Program-made: the position numbers and the translations under genes
Shown: piece by piece, positions 30,342 through 41,703 of the stretch
Layout of the letters: each line of letters opens with the position of its first letter
Position numbering within the stretch: the first letter of the stretch is position 1
Assembly: GCA_965198115.1 (NCBI GenBank)
Contig: OZ240241.1
Span: forward strand, 4,672,001 to 4,736,000
Length of the DNA: 64,000 bases
Direction of reading: 5' to 3'
From: Candidatus Latescibacterota bacterium
Lineage (GTDB): Bacteria > Latescibacterota > UBA2968
The notes under the pieces: generated by a model
Database searches by the model: none
Told to the model about the DNA's origin: nothing
What the model saw: only the letters and a program-made list of their open reading frames with translations

Positions 30342-32722
30342 ATGCTCTCCAACTACCTCACATCAGCTCTCCGAAATCTCCTGAAGCACAAGGGCTACTC
30401 CCTCATCAACATCCTTGGTCTCGCCGTCGGCGTGGGCTCCTGTCTCCTGCTACTCCTCGTCGCCCGGTGGGAAACGTCCTACGACGCGTTCCATCCAGAC
30501 GCGGATCGACTCTATAAGGTTGTCCGGTCAACGCGCATGCCCGATGGCACACTCGAGTATGGATTCAGGACTTACGGGCAGCTCGGACCGGCCCTCGAGG
30601 ATGACTTCCCGGAGGTTGAATCAGCCATTCGCTTCTGGTCGATCTGGAACGCCATACCCCACGAGGGAAAGGAACTCTGGCTCCACATGGTGCGGACGGA
30701 TCTCGACGTCTTCGATCATTTCTCGTTCGAGATCGTGGCAGGCGATCCGGAGACTGTTTTCGCGGAACCGTTTGCCATGTTCGTGACGGAATCGTTGGCA
30801 AAGCGCTTCTTCGCCGACGCCGATCCCATCGGGAAGACGATCACAATTCCGGATGGGCACCTTCCGGGCGACTTCGTGATTCGGGGCATTCTCAAAGACC
30901 TGCCCGCCAACTCCCATCTCCGATTCGACGTGCTTACGGGGAACGTTCCGAGCTCAGTCGGTAACGTGCATCATCTATGGGAGTCGTGGCGTCCTCTGTC
31001 CAACTGGCGGCCAGTCGAGACCTTCGTCAAGCTCAAGCCAGGGACGGACCCAGCGGCGTTAGAACAGAAACTCGACCAGGTCGTCGTAAAGCATCTCGGC
31101 ACCAGTTGGATCGAAAAGATCGGCTATCGACTCACCCCCATCGATCGCGTCTGGCTATTCGCCGACCAGGACTTCGGAATCGACTGGTACAGCGACGTCG
31201 CCCTCCTCTACGCCGTCGGGATCATCGCCGTCTCTATCCTTCTGATCGCGTGCATGAACTATGTCAACCTCGCAACCGCTCGATCCCTGAGTCGAGCGGC
31301 CGAAGTCGGGTTGCGCAAGGTCGTCGGTGCTGAACGTCAGCAGATCGCGCGCCAGTTCCTCGGCGAATCCGTATTCATGGCCTGTCTGGCGTCTGTGCTC
31401 GGCATCCTCACCGTCTACCTGTTTCTGCCGACCTTCAACGGGCTGACCGGAAAGAATGTGCCGTTCGACGTCGCGAATTCGATGGTGATTCTCTCATTCC
31501 TGTGCATCCTGATCGGCGTGGGGTTCGTGAGCCGGATCTATCCTGCCGTTGTCCTGTCCTCCTTCGCGCCGGCGACCGTCCTCAAGGGATCGATGTCCCG
31601 CTCGAGCACGGGCCACTGGCTGCGACGTGCGCTCTTCGTTGCACAGTTCGGTGTGTCGGTGGCCCTCGGCATCGGCATCCTGATGATGGATCGCCAGATG
31701 GCGTTCATCCAAACCAAAGACCTCGGCTTCACCAGGGAGAACATCATCAGCTTGTGGGGGCCTTTCCCAGACGACCTCCAGCTGGAAAGGATCGACGAAA
31801 TCCGGCAGGAATTCGGCAATCACCCGTCGATCATTTCATCCTGCGTACGAGGGACATTCCGGCTCTGAGAAACCAGTCGAACGTGATCTGGATTCCCGAG
31901 CGACCGGACCCCATCGAAATCCGCGGGCCTATGCTGCCGATCGATTACGAATTCCTGGATACGTATCAGGTCCCGCTCGTCAGTGGAAGGAACTTCTCCA
32001 GGGACATCGCGAGTGACGAAGAAGAGGCCTTCATCCTGACCGAAAAGGCAGCTCGTGCGTTCGGTTGGAACAACCAGAACGCCCTGGGAAAGACGCTCGG
32101 CCTTCCTCTCCTCGAGAACCGGAACGGGAGACCGAGAGGCCGTGTGATCGGTGTGATCAAGGACTTCCACCTCAACCCGCTCTATCAAACCATGCAACCC
32201 GTCGTCCTACTCATCTGGACCCGACAGCTCAGGCATATCTCCCTGCGCTATCGCGAAGGCGACCGTGATGCCGTCATCAAACACATCGAGAAAGTGTGGA
32301 ACCGCCACGAAACGCTGCGTGAGCCAAACTATGACGACATCGAAGAAATACTGCAGTGGGACTACTGGCAGGAAAGGCAACTCATCAGTATGTCCCGAAT
32401 CTTCGGGGTGGTCGCACTCGGCGTGGCCTGCATCGGGCTACTGGGGCTCACCGCGTTCTCGACCCATCAGCGACTCGCCGAAGTCGGGATTCGCAAGGTG
32501 CTGGGCGGTCGCCCACTCGGCCTGGTCGCGCTCCTGACGAAAGAAGTGATCGCCCTCGTCGCCGTCGCCAACATGGTCGGGGTACCTTTCGGCTACTGGT
32601 TGGTCACGAACTGGATGCAGGTCTTTCAGTATCGCGTCGCATTCAGCCCATTGACCGCTGGGTTCTATCAGACGCTGTCTGCGGTTAGGACGAATCCTGT
32701 GGATGTGCTGCGCGCGGAGTGA
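30342..32722 (+). pseudogene. Second FtsX/MacB-type permease; frameshift near 31850 and shortened last TM segment
   Basis: ORFs 30342-31868 and 31502-32722 are together colinear with the upstream paralog; ends NPVDVLRAE. Confidence 0.85.
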
Positions 32723-32931
32723 GATAGCAAACCAACGTACCCTCCTGATCTGGGCGGACTGGTCACAGCGTCGTGCGGAGCACGGGGATCAGCGAATGTG
32801 AGGTCTGTCGTTGGGCCCGGTTTTACCGCCCCGCTAAGACCGGGCCCCCTGATCGTATCTGGTTCGGCAGATCCAAACCGATCAGCCGCTGCGATAGATG
32901 ATGCCCTCGACGCGGCCGCCCGAGAAATCCA

Positions 32932-33519
32932 ATGACCATTGCGAATCTTCCGCTTAATACCGATCGACTGAGTTTACGAGAATTTAGAACGAGTGACGTG
33001 GACGGACTGTTCCGTCTCTACCGTCTCCCAGAGACATCTCGATATGAGAGCTGGAACTCTTTGGATAACGAGAGGGAGGCCTCGGAAATCGTTCAGTTTT
33101 GGATCCAGCAACAAAGTCAGGATCCCAGGAAAGGGTATACACTTGCTATCGAACTCAATGAGTCGGAGACGTTCATCGGACTGATCGGCTTGGATCGTGG
33201 GTTCGGTGTAGAGACGAGTGATCGGCGCACCGGCTTTGTTGGATTTCGACTTTTCCCGGTTTACTGGAATCGGGGCTATGCCACTGAGGCACTCGGTGCC
33301 GTGCTGACGTGGGGGTTCGAGTCCCTGGGTCTGCATCGAGTACACTCCGGCTGTGTCGCCGAAAACCTTGCGTCATCACGCGTACTGGAGAAGGCCGGGA
33401 TGCGACGTGAAGGAATCACGAGAAAAAGCTTCCCGATCGACGACGATTGGTATGACTATCACGTCTATTCCATCCTGAGTGAGGAGTTCGCTTTGGATAG
33501 GCGAGATGCCGACAGATAA
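32932..33519 (+). CDS. GNAT acetyltransferase, RimJ/RimL type
   Basis: TDRLSLREF, YWNRGYATEA, NLASSRVLEKAGM. Confidence 0.92.
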   Translation: MTIANLPLNTDRLSLREFRTSDVDGLFRLYRLPETSRYESWNSLDNEREASEIVQFWIQQQSQDPRKGYTLAIELNESETFIGLIGLDRGFGVETSDRRTGFVGFRLFPVYWNRGYATEALGAVLTWGFESLGLHRVHSGCVAENLASSRVLEKAGMRREGITRKSFPIDDDWYDYHVYSILSEEFALDRRDADR

Positions 33520-33706
33520 GCGGCAACCGAGCTTCCACGTCCTTCTCCCCCACCCCTCTCTTAGATGCCTGGCCCTAACCAGCGTAATTTCAGCGGTCTA
33601 ACTGTTGTCCTCTTCAGGCGTCAGTGGATTCTTGAGTCGTCTGTTCCATCCACAGACCTTGGACTAGGCCCGGGCCAACAGACAACTGTGGGCAGAGCGC
33701 GAAAAC

Positions 33707-35094
33707 GGTCAAGTCCCATAGTCAGTTGAAACTCATCGGGCTCCGTGGTATTCATGCTCTCTGCCGAGCATCTTGATTGTCGCCGAGATTCAGGTTGTTT
33801 TTCAGTGCTTGCCTGAGCAGCGGGAGGTGTTTGTATCCGCTCACGCGTCGCAGGCGTGGTTCGATGTCGAGGAGTGCGGCCGCGACCCATCTGTGTCGCT
33901 GAGGAGAGTTGTTCCAGCGGTTGACCTTCCGTATCAGGTTGCCGGTCATGCTGTTGAGCGCCTCGATGCAATTGGTGGTTCGGAAGCTTCGCTTCAAGAA
34001 CGGGAGCATCCCCAGCCGGTGGAGGGTCAGGGTTTCCTCCAGTCCTTCCTCGAGGCTTGCCACGGCAGACTGATTCATCAGCTTGAGTTCGGGTTTGAGT
34101 GATTCGAGTGCGGCCTTTGCCTCCTCGTAGGTGTCGCAGTCATAGGCTTTCTGAAGTTTCCGTCGAACTCTTGGACGTTCTGCCTCCGGGAGGTAGCTGA
34201 CGACGTTCTCGCGCTTGTGCCACTGACAGCGATGCACGCACACATCCCCTTTGAGGGCTTTGGTGACGGCACTGCGGAGTCCCTTTGAGCCGTCCAGCAC
34301 AACGAGAAGGCCCTGGTCGTAGCACAGGCCTCTCCGGATGAGATCCTGGATCAGCTGACGGCAGATCCGTTCGTTCTCCGTCGCCGATTCGACGAAGCCC
34401 AGGGGGATCTTCTGGCCGTCCGTCGTGACGCCCGGAGCGATCACGATCTCTTCGTCGGCAAAGCTCTTTCCGTCGATGAACAGGGCGACCAAGTCGTAGT
34501 CGTCGAGCGGTCGTTCCTGGAACTGCTTCAGCTTCTTTGCGGTGGCTTTGATGAACCGTCGCGAGACGGAGGATGCCGAAATTCCGAACGCTTCGGGTAC
34601 CGACTCTGCACAGGCTCTGTAGTTGCGACAGGAGATTCCCTTGAGCACACGAAGCAGCAGCTTCTCATCCATCGCTCTGGGCCTCTGCATCCCCCGGTAT
34701 GCGGCCAGAGAAACCTCCGTATCGGACTCGACGTCGCGCACACGGGGAACGGCCACCGGCAGCTTCTGGTCCATCAGATACACGGACCCTTTCTGGCTTC
34801 CCCATCGACGATGCGACTGCTCTGAACCCTTACGCGCATACCGAACGCCTGCGAGCTGCTCCACCTCCTGCTGGAGCACGTCGGCAACGGCCTCCAGACC
34901 CAGCGGAATCAGCGCCCGGATCACCGATAAACGCGTCTCCAAATCCATAACGTCTGACCCAACCTTGACTTCGCCATCCCCTGCAAATAGCTTCTCCATC
35001 GTGGGCTCCTTTCTTACGGGTACACGCTCTCACACGTCTACCCACAACGTAAGTTTGGAGCCCTTTAAGTTTCAACTAGGATAGGGACCTCACC
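33707..35094 (-). mobile_element. IS256-family element, intergenic
   Basis: IRs GGTCAAGTCCCATAGTCAGTTGAAAC / GGTGAGGTCCCTATCCTAGTTGAAAC; 8-bp TSD GCGAAAAC (33699-33706, 35095-35102). Confidence 0.92.
33752..34999 (-). CDS. IS256-family transposase
   Basis: FIDG, VLDG, RCQWHK, TTNCIE. Confidence 0.92.
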   Translation of the reverse strand: MEKLFAGDGEVKVGSDVMDLETRLSVIRALIPLGLEAVADVLQQEVEQLAGVRYARKGSEQSHRRWGSQKGSVYLMDQKLPVAVPRVRDVESDTEVSLAAYRGMQRPRAMDEKLLLRVLKGISCRNYRACAESVPEAFGISASSVSRRFIKATAKKLKQFQERPLDDYDLVALFIDGKSFADEEIVIAPGVTTDGQKIPLGFVESATENERICRQLIQDLIRRGLCYDQGLLVVLDGSKGLRSAVTKALKGDVCVHRCQWHKRENVVSYLPEAERPRVRRKLQKAYDCDTYEEAKAALESLKPELKLMNQSAVASLEEGLEETLTLHRLGMLPFLKRSFRTTNCIEALNSMTGNLIRKVNRWNNSPQRHRWVAAALLDIEPRLRRVSGYKHLPLLRQALKNNLNLGDNQDARQRA

Positions 35095-35281
35095 GCGAAA
35101 ACCTCTCGATTAAATAGCCCGGGAACGCTGTTTGCATTCCAAAGGCCATCCTGCCATTCCAGAGTATCCCAGACGTTGCGGATGAGCTATCCGCGCATTG
35201 TCAGCGGGGCCGATCGGTAATACACAATCTCGTTCTGGATGTGTATCATTCCGTCGACCCTACCCACTCTCTGATCAGGAG

Positions 35282-35641
35282 ATGGCGATGCAACAAGCCA
35301 AACAGCGCCTGGAACAGTGTCTCTCCAGGTTCCGCGCTGGCACCCTCACAGAACAGGATCTGGAGCAGGCTCTGAAGTGTCTGGACGAACCAACCTGCCA
35401 GCGTCTGCTCTACCTCCAGGCCAACAACACCTCCGTCACGTCACAAATCGAAGGCATGTCGCTCGTGGACGATGAAGGTGTACACGACGGCCCGGACAAC
35501 CCCGACGACTGGCCCTACCAGACGGTATACGAAGCCATGCAGGATGGCTGGCGTATCGTCGACTTTCCCGAAATGACGCTGATGCTCGTCGGCGAGGAAG
35601 AAACGCACGGTCTCGGATGTGAATTCATCCTCGAGAAGTAG
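35282..35641 (+). CDS. Hypothetical protein
   Basis: AGGAG RBS; YQTVYEAMQDGWRIV...EFILEK. Confidence 0.65.
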   Translation: MAMQQAKQRLEQCLSRFRAGTLTEQDLEQALKCLDEPTCQRLLYLQANNTSVTSQIEGMSLVDDEGVHDGPDNPDDWPYQTVYEAMQDGWRIVDFPEMTLMLVGEEETHGLGCEFILEK

Positions 35642-35719
35642 GCGTTGCCTAATATGCACTATGTACACTGGTTCTCCTGAACCACCGAACACTGAACACC
35701 TCCAAAGAGGGCTCAAACT

Positions 35720-36571
35720 GTGGCCGACAGAACCTACGACTGCGAACCGACGTTGACAGATCGAGACGTTATCGAGTTCTGTCAGAATGGATTCCTCATC
35801 CTCGAGGGCGTCGTTCCCGACGATGTCAATCGAAAGACCCTGGACTTCGTCGACGAGCACCCCGTCCTCGAACCGGTCGAGATCCTGGAAGAGGACTGGT
35901 TCGTCGAGGGCGTCATCCTGAACCCGCAGGCGGCCGGTGCTGTCCGGTCGCTTCTGGGTGCAGACTTCAAGCTGCCCGCGATGTTGAGCAACCACCGCGT
36001 GGAGTGCCCAAGAACCATGACCGGCGGCTGGCACCGCGACGGCGGAGCGATCGAAACGACGCGGCTCGATTACTTGCAGGTCTTTTATTACCCCGCAGAT
36101 ACGCCCGTCGATAAGGGGCCGACCGAACTGGTACCCAGCTCACACTTGCTCCACGCCAAGCGTCGTTTCATGAGTCACTACGGCGGCATTCGAAAAGGCG
36201 TGCGGACCGCAGCGCCGGCCGGTTCGATCTTCATCACCCACTACTCGATCTGGCATCGAGCCGTAAGCTCCACCGCCAGTGGCATCCGCAACCTTCTCAA
36301 ATACAACTATTTTCGGACGACGCCCCCGAAGCGTGACTGGATCGTGGACCCATCCCTCGACTTCGCGAATGTGAGTTTCCGGCCGGAGGTCTCCGTGTTC
36401 GAGAAATGGTACGACTCGATCCAAGTCGCCCGCCTCTTCCAGTGGCTGTGCGGCCTGGGTGGCGATTTCGAATTCAAGGGCGGCCAGTCGTGGCCCGTCA
36501 CGGCTGGAGGCGCCCGCACCTCTCACGAAGGCATGCCTTCGGCCCTTGCCCCTTCCCAACGCGAACAATGA
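35720..36571 (+). CDS. PhyH-family dioxygenase
   Basis: FCQNGFL, WHRD, GPTELVPSSH, IWHR. Confidence 0.85.
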   Translation: MADRTYDCEPTLTDRDVIEFCQNGFLILEGVVPDDVNRKTLDFVDEHPVLEPVEILEEDWFVEGVILNPQAAGAVRSLLGADFKLPAMLSNHRVECPRTMTGGWHRDGGAIETTRLDYLQVFYYPADTPVDKGPTELVPSSHLLHAKRRFMSHYGGIRKGVRTAAPAGSIFITHYSIWHRAVSSTASGIRNLLKYNYFRTTPPKRDWIVDPSLDFANVSFRPEVSVFEKWYDSIQVARLFQWLCGLGGDFEFKGGQSWPVTAGGARTSHEGMPSALAPSQREQ

Positions 36572-37392
36572 CCAAACCCGTCTACTTCGTCCACATCAGC
36601 GATTCGCACCTCGGGTCGGATCCCGAGTTCGAATACAAGAGCCGGCATCCCTACCCGAACGCCACGAAACTGGTGGCCGCGATCAGAGCGTTGCCGATCT
36701 CGCCCGACTTCGTGATGCACACCGGCGACGTCGCCAATGGTCGTCGCTCGACGTTGGGCGCCCCTCCAGCCTATCGGCTGGCCGAAGAGATTTTCGGGAC
36801 GCTGGATTTGCCTATCTACTACGCGGTCGGCAATCACGACGATCCCGCGGAGATTCTGAAGTTGAGGATGGGTGAGAAAACCTCCGTGATGGAAGCCGAC
36901 GAACCAATCGTATCCTACGCTTTCCAGGTAGAAGACGAGCGATTCGTCGTCATTCACTCACAGGGTCCTCACGAGGAAGTTGGAGGTGGAGGTCGGCTTC
37001 CCGAGGGGCAGTTGGCGTATCTGGAGGATCAGCTGACGGATGGTGTCCGCACGACCATTTTCATCCACCACTGCCCGCTCGATTTGGATTCGGAATGGTT
37101 CCGTGATCGCGTCGATATGGCCGACGGGATCGAGCTTCATCGAATGTTGATAAGCCATCGTGATACGGTTCGAGCTGTTTTCTTCGGCCACATCCACCGA
37201 GGTGTCCAGATCATCAGAGATGGCATTCACTACTGTAGCGTCGGAAGCCCCTTTATGGGTCTCAACTACTGGCCAGAAGTGGATGAAACGGATGTGGACC
37301 TGGCGCTGCCCCTTCCTTACAACCTCGTGACGCTCACCGGAGACGCAACCATCGTCAAGGAACACTCCGTGCCCCATACAGAGGCTGAATGA
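36568..37392 (+). CDS. Calcineurin-like metallophosphoesterase (CpdA/GpdQ-like)
   Basis: SDSH, TGD, GNHD, HH, GHIH; ATGA overlap with the upstream gene. Confidence 0.9.
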   Translation: MTKPVYFVHISDSHLGSDPEFEYKSRHPYPNATKLVAAIRALPISPDFVMHTGDVANGRRSTLGAPPAYRLAEEIFGTLDLPIYYAVGNHDDPAEILKLRMGEKTSVMEADEPIVSYAFQVEDERFVVIHSQGPHEEVGGGGRLPEGQLAYLEDQLTDGVRTTIFIHHCPLDLDSEWFRDRVDMADGIELHRMLISHRDTVRAVFFGHIHRGVQIIRDGIHYCSVGSPFMGLNYWPEVDETDVDLALPLPYNLVTLTGDATIVKEHSVPHTEAE

Positions 37393-38446
37393 CACGCAAA
37401 GACACAGCCAAATTCTGGAGCAGAGCCTTTATGGCCGATGAAGAGCGACCATTGAAGGCGGCTGAAGAAGACCTCATCGCGGTCACAGTCACGCGTGGGG
37501 AATCCCGTTGGGACGGGACGTGCGATGTGGCCCGAATGGGGGCCCTCGTCGATCAGAACGCCAGCGTGCTCGACACCATCGGTCCGGCGCTCGTCAACAT
37601 CACGAGCTCCACACGCGGGTGCGTTGACGCATTGCGATTCCTGCTCGAACGGGATGTGCCGTTCCTGATCGAAGAATACCGTGCAAAGGAAGGGAAGCAG
37701 TACGAGTACGACGTGATGCACGAAGCGTCCTGGGCTGGTTGCGTCGATAACCTGCGTGTGCTGTTCGAGTCAGGCGTAGCGGATGCGACGGGCACCGCGA
37801 ACCCACACACCGGTTGGCCCGACAACGTGACGCTGCTCTACTGGCCGGCCGTCTTCGGAACGGCTAACCAGCGCGATGGGGTGAGGATGACGGAGTTGCT
37901 GCTCGAGCACGGTGCAGATCCGGAGATTCGGATCAAGGGCAACGGAGAGCGCGGGAATACCGTCCTCCAGGAGGCCGTCTCACCCGGAGCCGACCCGCAT
38001 TGGACGGATGGCAAGCGGGAGGTGGCGAAGGTCCTGCTCACGAGTGGCGCACACTACGATGTCTTCTCGGCGTGCGCGTTGGATGACACCGACCGACTGC
38101 TCGAACGCGTTGAGGAAGATCCCGATGTCGCCACATCACTCGGTGAAGCCGATACGACGCCGCTCCACTGGGCAGGACGGGCAGGGTCGCTCTCGTGCGC
38201 AGAGTGGCTGTTGAACCACGGGGCCCAGGTCAACACTCGCACGAAAGCCAAACGCACGGCGCTGCACCTCGCGGCGGAAAACGACGCGGCAGAGGCGATC
38301 GAACTGCTGGCTGAACACAACGCCGATCTGGATGTGCAGGACACCAAGGGCCGCACCCCTCTCCATCGCGCCACCTACCAGGGCCAGGTCAATGCAGCAG
38401 AGGCGCTCATCGGTCTCGGGGCCGATACAGAAATCGAAATGAAATC

Positions 38447-39820
38447 GAGCTCAGGTCAATAGGTGTGTAAAAGAAATCAGGCGGCCATCTTCCCGGCTTC
38501 GACCTGCGGTCCGGTTGAGTGTTTCTGATCGTAGACTTGTTGTAGCAAGTGTGGCGCGGTGAGTTTCCTGAATCGGCTCTCTGCGACCTTGAGCGTACGC
38601 CAGATGAGAGTCGTGGCGTTCCTGACTTTCTTGAATCGCCTGGCGGCGTTTGTGCGAAGCCGAACGGAAGCAAAGGGGCTCTCGACGACGTTCGTGGTTC
38701 TCAGGTGTTTCCAGTGTTCCTTCGGGAAGTCGTAGAACGTGACCATCCGATCCCAGTCTCTTTCGAGCGTCTCCACGGCGGCAGGGAACTGTGAGCGATA
38801 CCGTGCGGCAAAGCGTTTCCGGAGCTTCTCGGCCTCCTTTTTCGTGCCGGCATAGGGGATCTGGACGAGCAGTGCGCGGGCTTCAGCCTGTGCACGCTTG
38901 GCGACCTTGTCGAGCACGTTGAGGATCTTGTGGTTCCAGCACCGTTGTTGCCGGCTCTCTGGCCAGACCTGATCAACGGCCGCCCAGATGCCCATATTCC
39001 CGTCCGCGGCGATCAGGACAGGATGTTCGAGCCCGCGATCCCGGAGATCCCGGAGCACCGTGAGCCAGGATTCTGTAGACTCTCGATAACCGGGTTCTAT
39101 CGCCAGGATCTCCTTGCTGCCGTCGCTCATCGCGCCGATCACGACCAGCAGACACGCCTTCTCGCGCTCGAGCCCGGCTTTGACGTAGATGCCATCAGCC
39201 CAGGCGTAGACCAGTTCGCGATTATCCAGACGCCTTTCTTTCCAGTCCTGGAAGTCGACCTCCCACTTCCCTCGAAGACGAGCGATCGAGGTCGGCGAAA
39301 GCGGCGCGCCATCACCGAGCAGCGCACGCAAAGACAACTCGAAGTCGCCCTGGGAGAGACCGTGGAGATAAAGGTCGGGAAGCAGATCTCCAATGGCCCT
39401 GGTTCTCCGGGCGAACAGGGGGAGGATGCGGCTTTCAAACCGCTCTTCCAGACCACGAACCCGGGGACGCCGGACCTTGATCGTTCCGCAGCTCGTCGAG
39501 AGACGCCGGGGCTTGCCGTAGCCGTTCCTGTAGCCCCTGGAGCTATCGACCTCGGCTCGGCGCTCATACCACGACCGGCCCAAAAACGCGGTCGCCTCCT
39601 CCTCCAGAATGGACTGGAACCGGCCCTGGATCTCTTCACGGATCCAATCGTCAACCGTCTCCCACGTCGGCATGGACTTCAATGGGGCTCTATGCGTATG
39701 TTCCTTCACGGCGATCCTCCTTCCCAACCGGGCCTCTCACCCGGTTTTGTGTGAATCAACTATCTCACGGGAAGGGTAGGGTCGCCCTTTCTCTTTTTCC
39801 ACACCTTTTGATTATAGCTC
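38447..39820 (-). mobile_element. IS256-family element
   Basis: IRs GAGCTCAGGTCAATAGGTGTG / GAGCTATAATCAAAAGGTGTG; 8-bp TSD ATGAAATC (38439-38446, 39821-39828). Confidence 0.93.
38477..39727 (-). CDS. IS256-family transposase
   Basis: YRNGY, WADGIY, AADG, QRCWNHK, TTNVVES. Confidence 0.93.
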   Translation of the reverse strand: MGRRIAVKEHTHRAPLKSMPTWETVDDWIREEIQGRFQSILEEEATAFLGRSWYERRAEVDSSRGYRNGYGKPRRLSTSCGTIKVRRPRVRGLEERFESRILPLFARRTRAIGDLLPDLYLHGLSQGDFELSLRALLGDGAPLSPTSIARLRGKWEVDFQDWKERRLDNRELVYAWADGIYVKAGLEREKACLLVVIGAMSDGSKEILAIEPGYRESTESWLTVLRDLRDRGLEHPVLIAADGNMGIWAAVDQVWPESRQQRCWNHKILNVLDKVAKRAQAEARALLVQIPYAGTKKEAEKLRKRFAARYRSQFPAAVETLERDWDRMVTFYDFPKEHWKHLRTTNVVESPFASVRLRTNAARRFKKVRNATTLIWRTLKVAESRFRKLTAPHLLQQVYDQKHSTGPQVEAGKMAA

Positions 39821-39905
39821 ATGAAATCGGGTAAGAATCCACTGGAAATCGCTCGCAAGGACTGCAAGTACCTCAAGCCCTAGTAGGGTCACTGCCAACT
39901 GATTT

Positions 39906-40274
39906 TCACTCGATATCCTGCCCCACCACGATTTCCAGTCCGTTACAGTCCACGACTGTAAAATCCCGGACCCCATAGTCGCGATCCTGGATGTCGGACT
40001 CGATAGTGGCACCCGATTCTCTGAACTGCGAGAGCATCTCATTCGCGTTCTTCACCCACAGGAAGAGCCTCACGCCTGTCGCAGGGTCATCGCTTCGCAC
40101 AAAATGCAAGGCTGCATTATCTCGCCACACCACGCAATAGCGATCTGACCCATAGTCGTACTCGAAGCCAAGTACGTCTCGATAGTACTCAGCTGTTACC
40201 CGAGGGTCCTGGACCTGGATGATCGGCGCCCCCTGAATGACCTGTTTCACGTCGGATTTCGGTGGCTCTGGCAT
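39906..40274 (-). CDS. VOC/bleomycin-resistance-like protein
   Basis: YYRDVLGF, DYGVRDFTVVDCNG. Confidence 0.85.
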   Translation of the reverse strand: MPEPPKSDVKQVIQGAPIIQVQDPRVTAEYYRDVLGFEYDYGSDRYCVVWRDNAALHFVRSDDPATGVRLFLWVKNANEMLSQFRESGATIESDIQDRDYGVRDFTVVDCNGLEIVVGQDIE

Positions 40275-41319
40275 CTTCTTTCTCTTGAGCTATTTTGATA
40301 TGCGGCGAGAGCTTCTTAATGAACTCCATAGCCAAGCGACGTGAAAGATACTTCAAACGGAGCACCGACCTCGCGCAGATAGACACACCGACCCTCCTCT
40401 CTCACTTGAGATGGCGCAAGGGCTCGCGCGTATGGGGCGGCAACCAGGTGCTGGAACTGGCCGGCACAAGGTTCTTCGTAAAGAAGCTGCCCATCACCGA
40501 CCGTGAGTATGATAACGCCTTCTCCACCCGCAATCTTTATCAGCTTCCTACCTATTACAACTACGGCGTTGGCTCCGTCGGGTTCAGTCCATTCCGCGAG
40601 ATCTCCGCACACATCAAAACGACGAACTGGGTGCTCGACGGGGCGATCGAGAACTTTCCGCTGATGTATCACTACCGCATCGTCCCATCGTCTTACAAAG
40701 ACCCAGGTATGAACCGGAAGAATCTCGATGGCTATGTAAAATACTGGAACGGAAGCAAGCGCGTCGGGAGATACATCCAGGAAAGATCGAAGGCACGACA
40801 CGAAATCTATGTCTTCCTCGAGTTCGTCCCTCGCTCGCTCAGTAGGTGGTTGGGAAACCATCTCTCCGAAACGCCCAGCGTGATCGATCAGATGAAGCGA
40901 ATCCACGCATTCTTGCGCGATCGTGGCATCGTCCATTTCGACAGCCACCACAGCAACATTGTGACAGACGGGCATCGCGTCTATCTGACGGATTTCGGAC
41001 TCGTCTCGGACAAGACCCTCGATCTGAATGACGCCGAGCGCGCCCTCCTGAAGGATAACAGGTTCTACGACTGCGGGGAGTTTTTGGCCGGTTTGGGCAG
41101 ATACGTCATTCAGAGGTATGAGAACTTGACGGGACCCGTGAGGGCGCAGTTGGAGCGTCACTACGGGATGGAGGGAGAGACGCCCAGAAACCAGCGCGAC
41201 ATCATTAGGAACAACCTTAAAGAGATCTGCGAACGGGGGTGGTTGGATCTACCTCCAGCGCCCCGGGGTTTTCTTGGACACTCCGTTGACCTACAGTAGG
41301 TCGAAAAGGAGGGTCCACC

Positions 41320-41703
41320 ATGAACAAGGCTACCAGGGGATCGGTTGGGGCGGAGCGAGCGAGAGCGAGCGGAGGCCCAGCCGATCCAAGCGCGACTTCG
41401 CAGGGTCGTTTCTCCGTGAAGAAGAAGGCCGAAGCCGTATTACGTGTGATGCGTGGCGAGAGCCTCGACAGCGTCTCTCGCGATCTGGGAGTAACGGCAG
41501 CTAAATTGAGCGAGTGGCGCGATCAGTTCCACTCTGGCGCCCAGGCCGCACTACGCTCTCGTCCGAGCGACGAGCGTGACGAGAGGGTCAAGGACCTCCA
41601 GGCGAAGATTGGCGAGCTCACGATGGACAACGAGCTGCTGCAACAAAGAATCGATCGTCTGGAAGCCCGCCGCCCTTTGGCGCATCGGAGGTCGCGGAAA
41701 TGA
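41320..41703 (+). CDS. IS3-like OrfA (HTH + coiled coil)
   Basis: FSVKKKAEAVLRVMRGE...LQAKIGELTMDNELL. Confidence 0.85.
   Translation: MNKATRGSVGAERARASGGPADPSATSQGRFSVKKKAEAVLRVMRGESLDSVSRDLGVTAAKLSEWRDQFHSGAQAALRSRPSDERDERVKDLQAKIGELTMDNELLQQRIDRLEARRPLAHRRSRK

Larger units (their letters stand above)
37389..39883 (+). pseudogene. Ankyrin repeat protein interrupted near the C-terminus by IS256
   Basis: TPLHWA/TALHLA/TPLHRA repeats; after the IS the frame resumes MKSGKNPLEIARKDCKYLKP* (39821-39883). Confidence 0.85.

Noticed and set aside
33572-33610. Possible integron attC (CCCTAAC after a GNAT gene; also GTTAGC at about 23435 and 23502)
   Set aside because: No complementary R/L box pairing found and no integron integrase in the window
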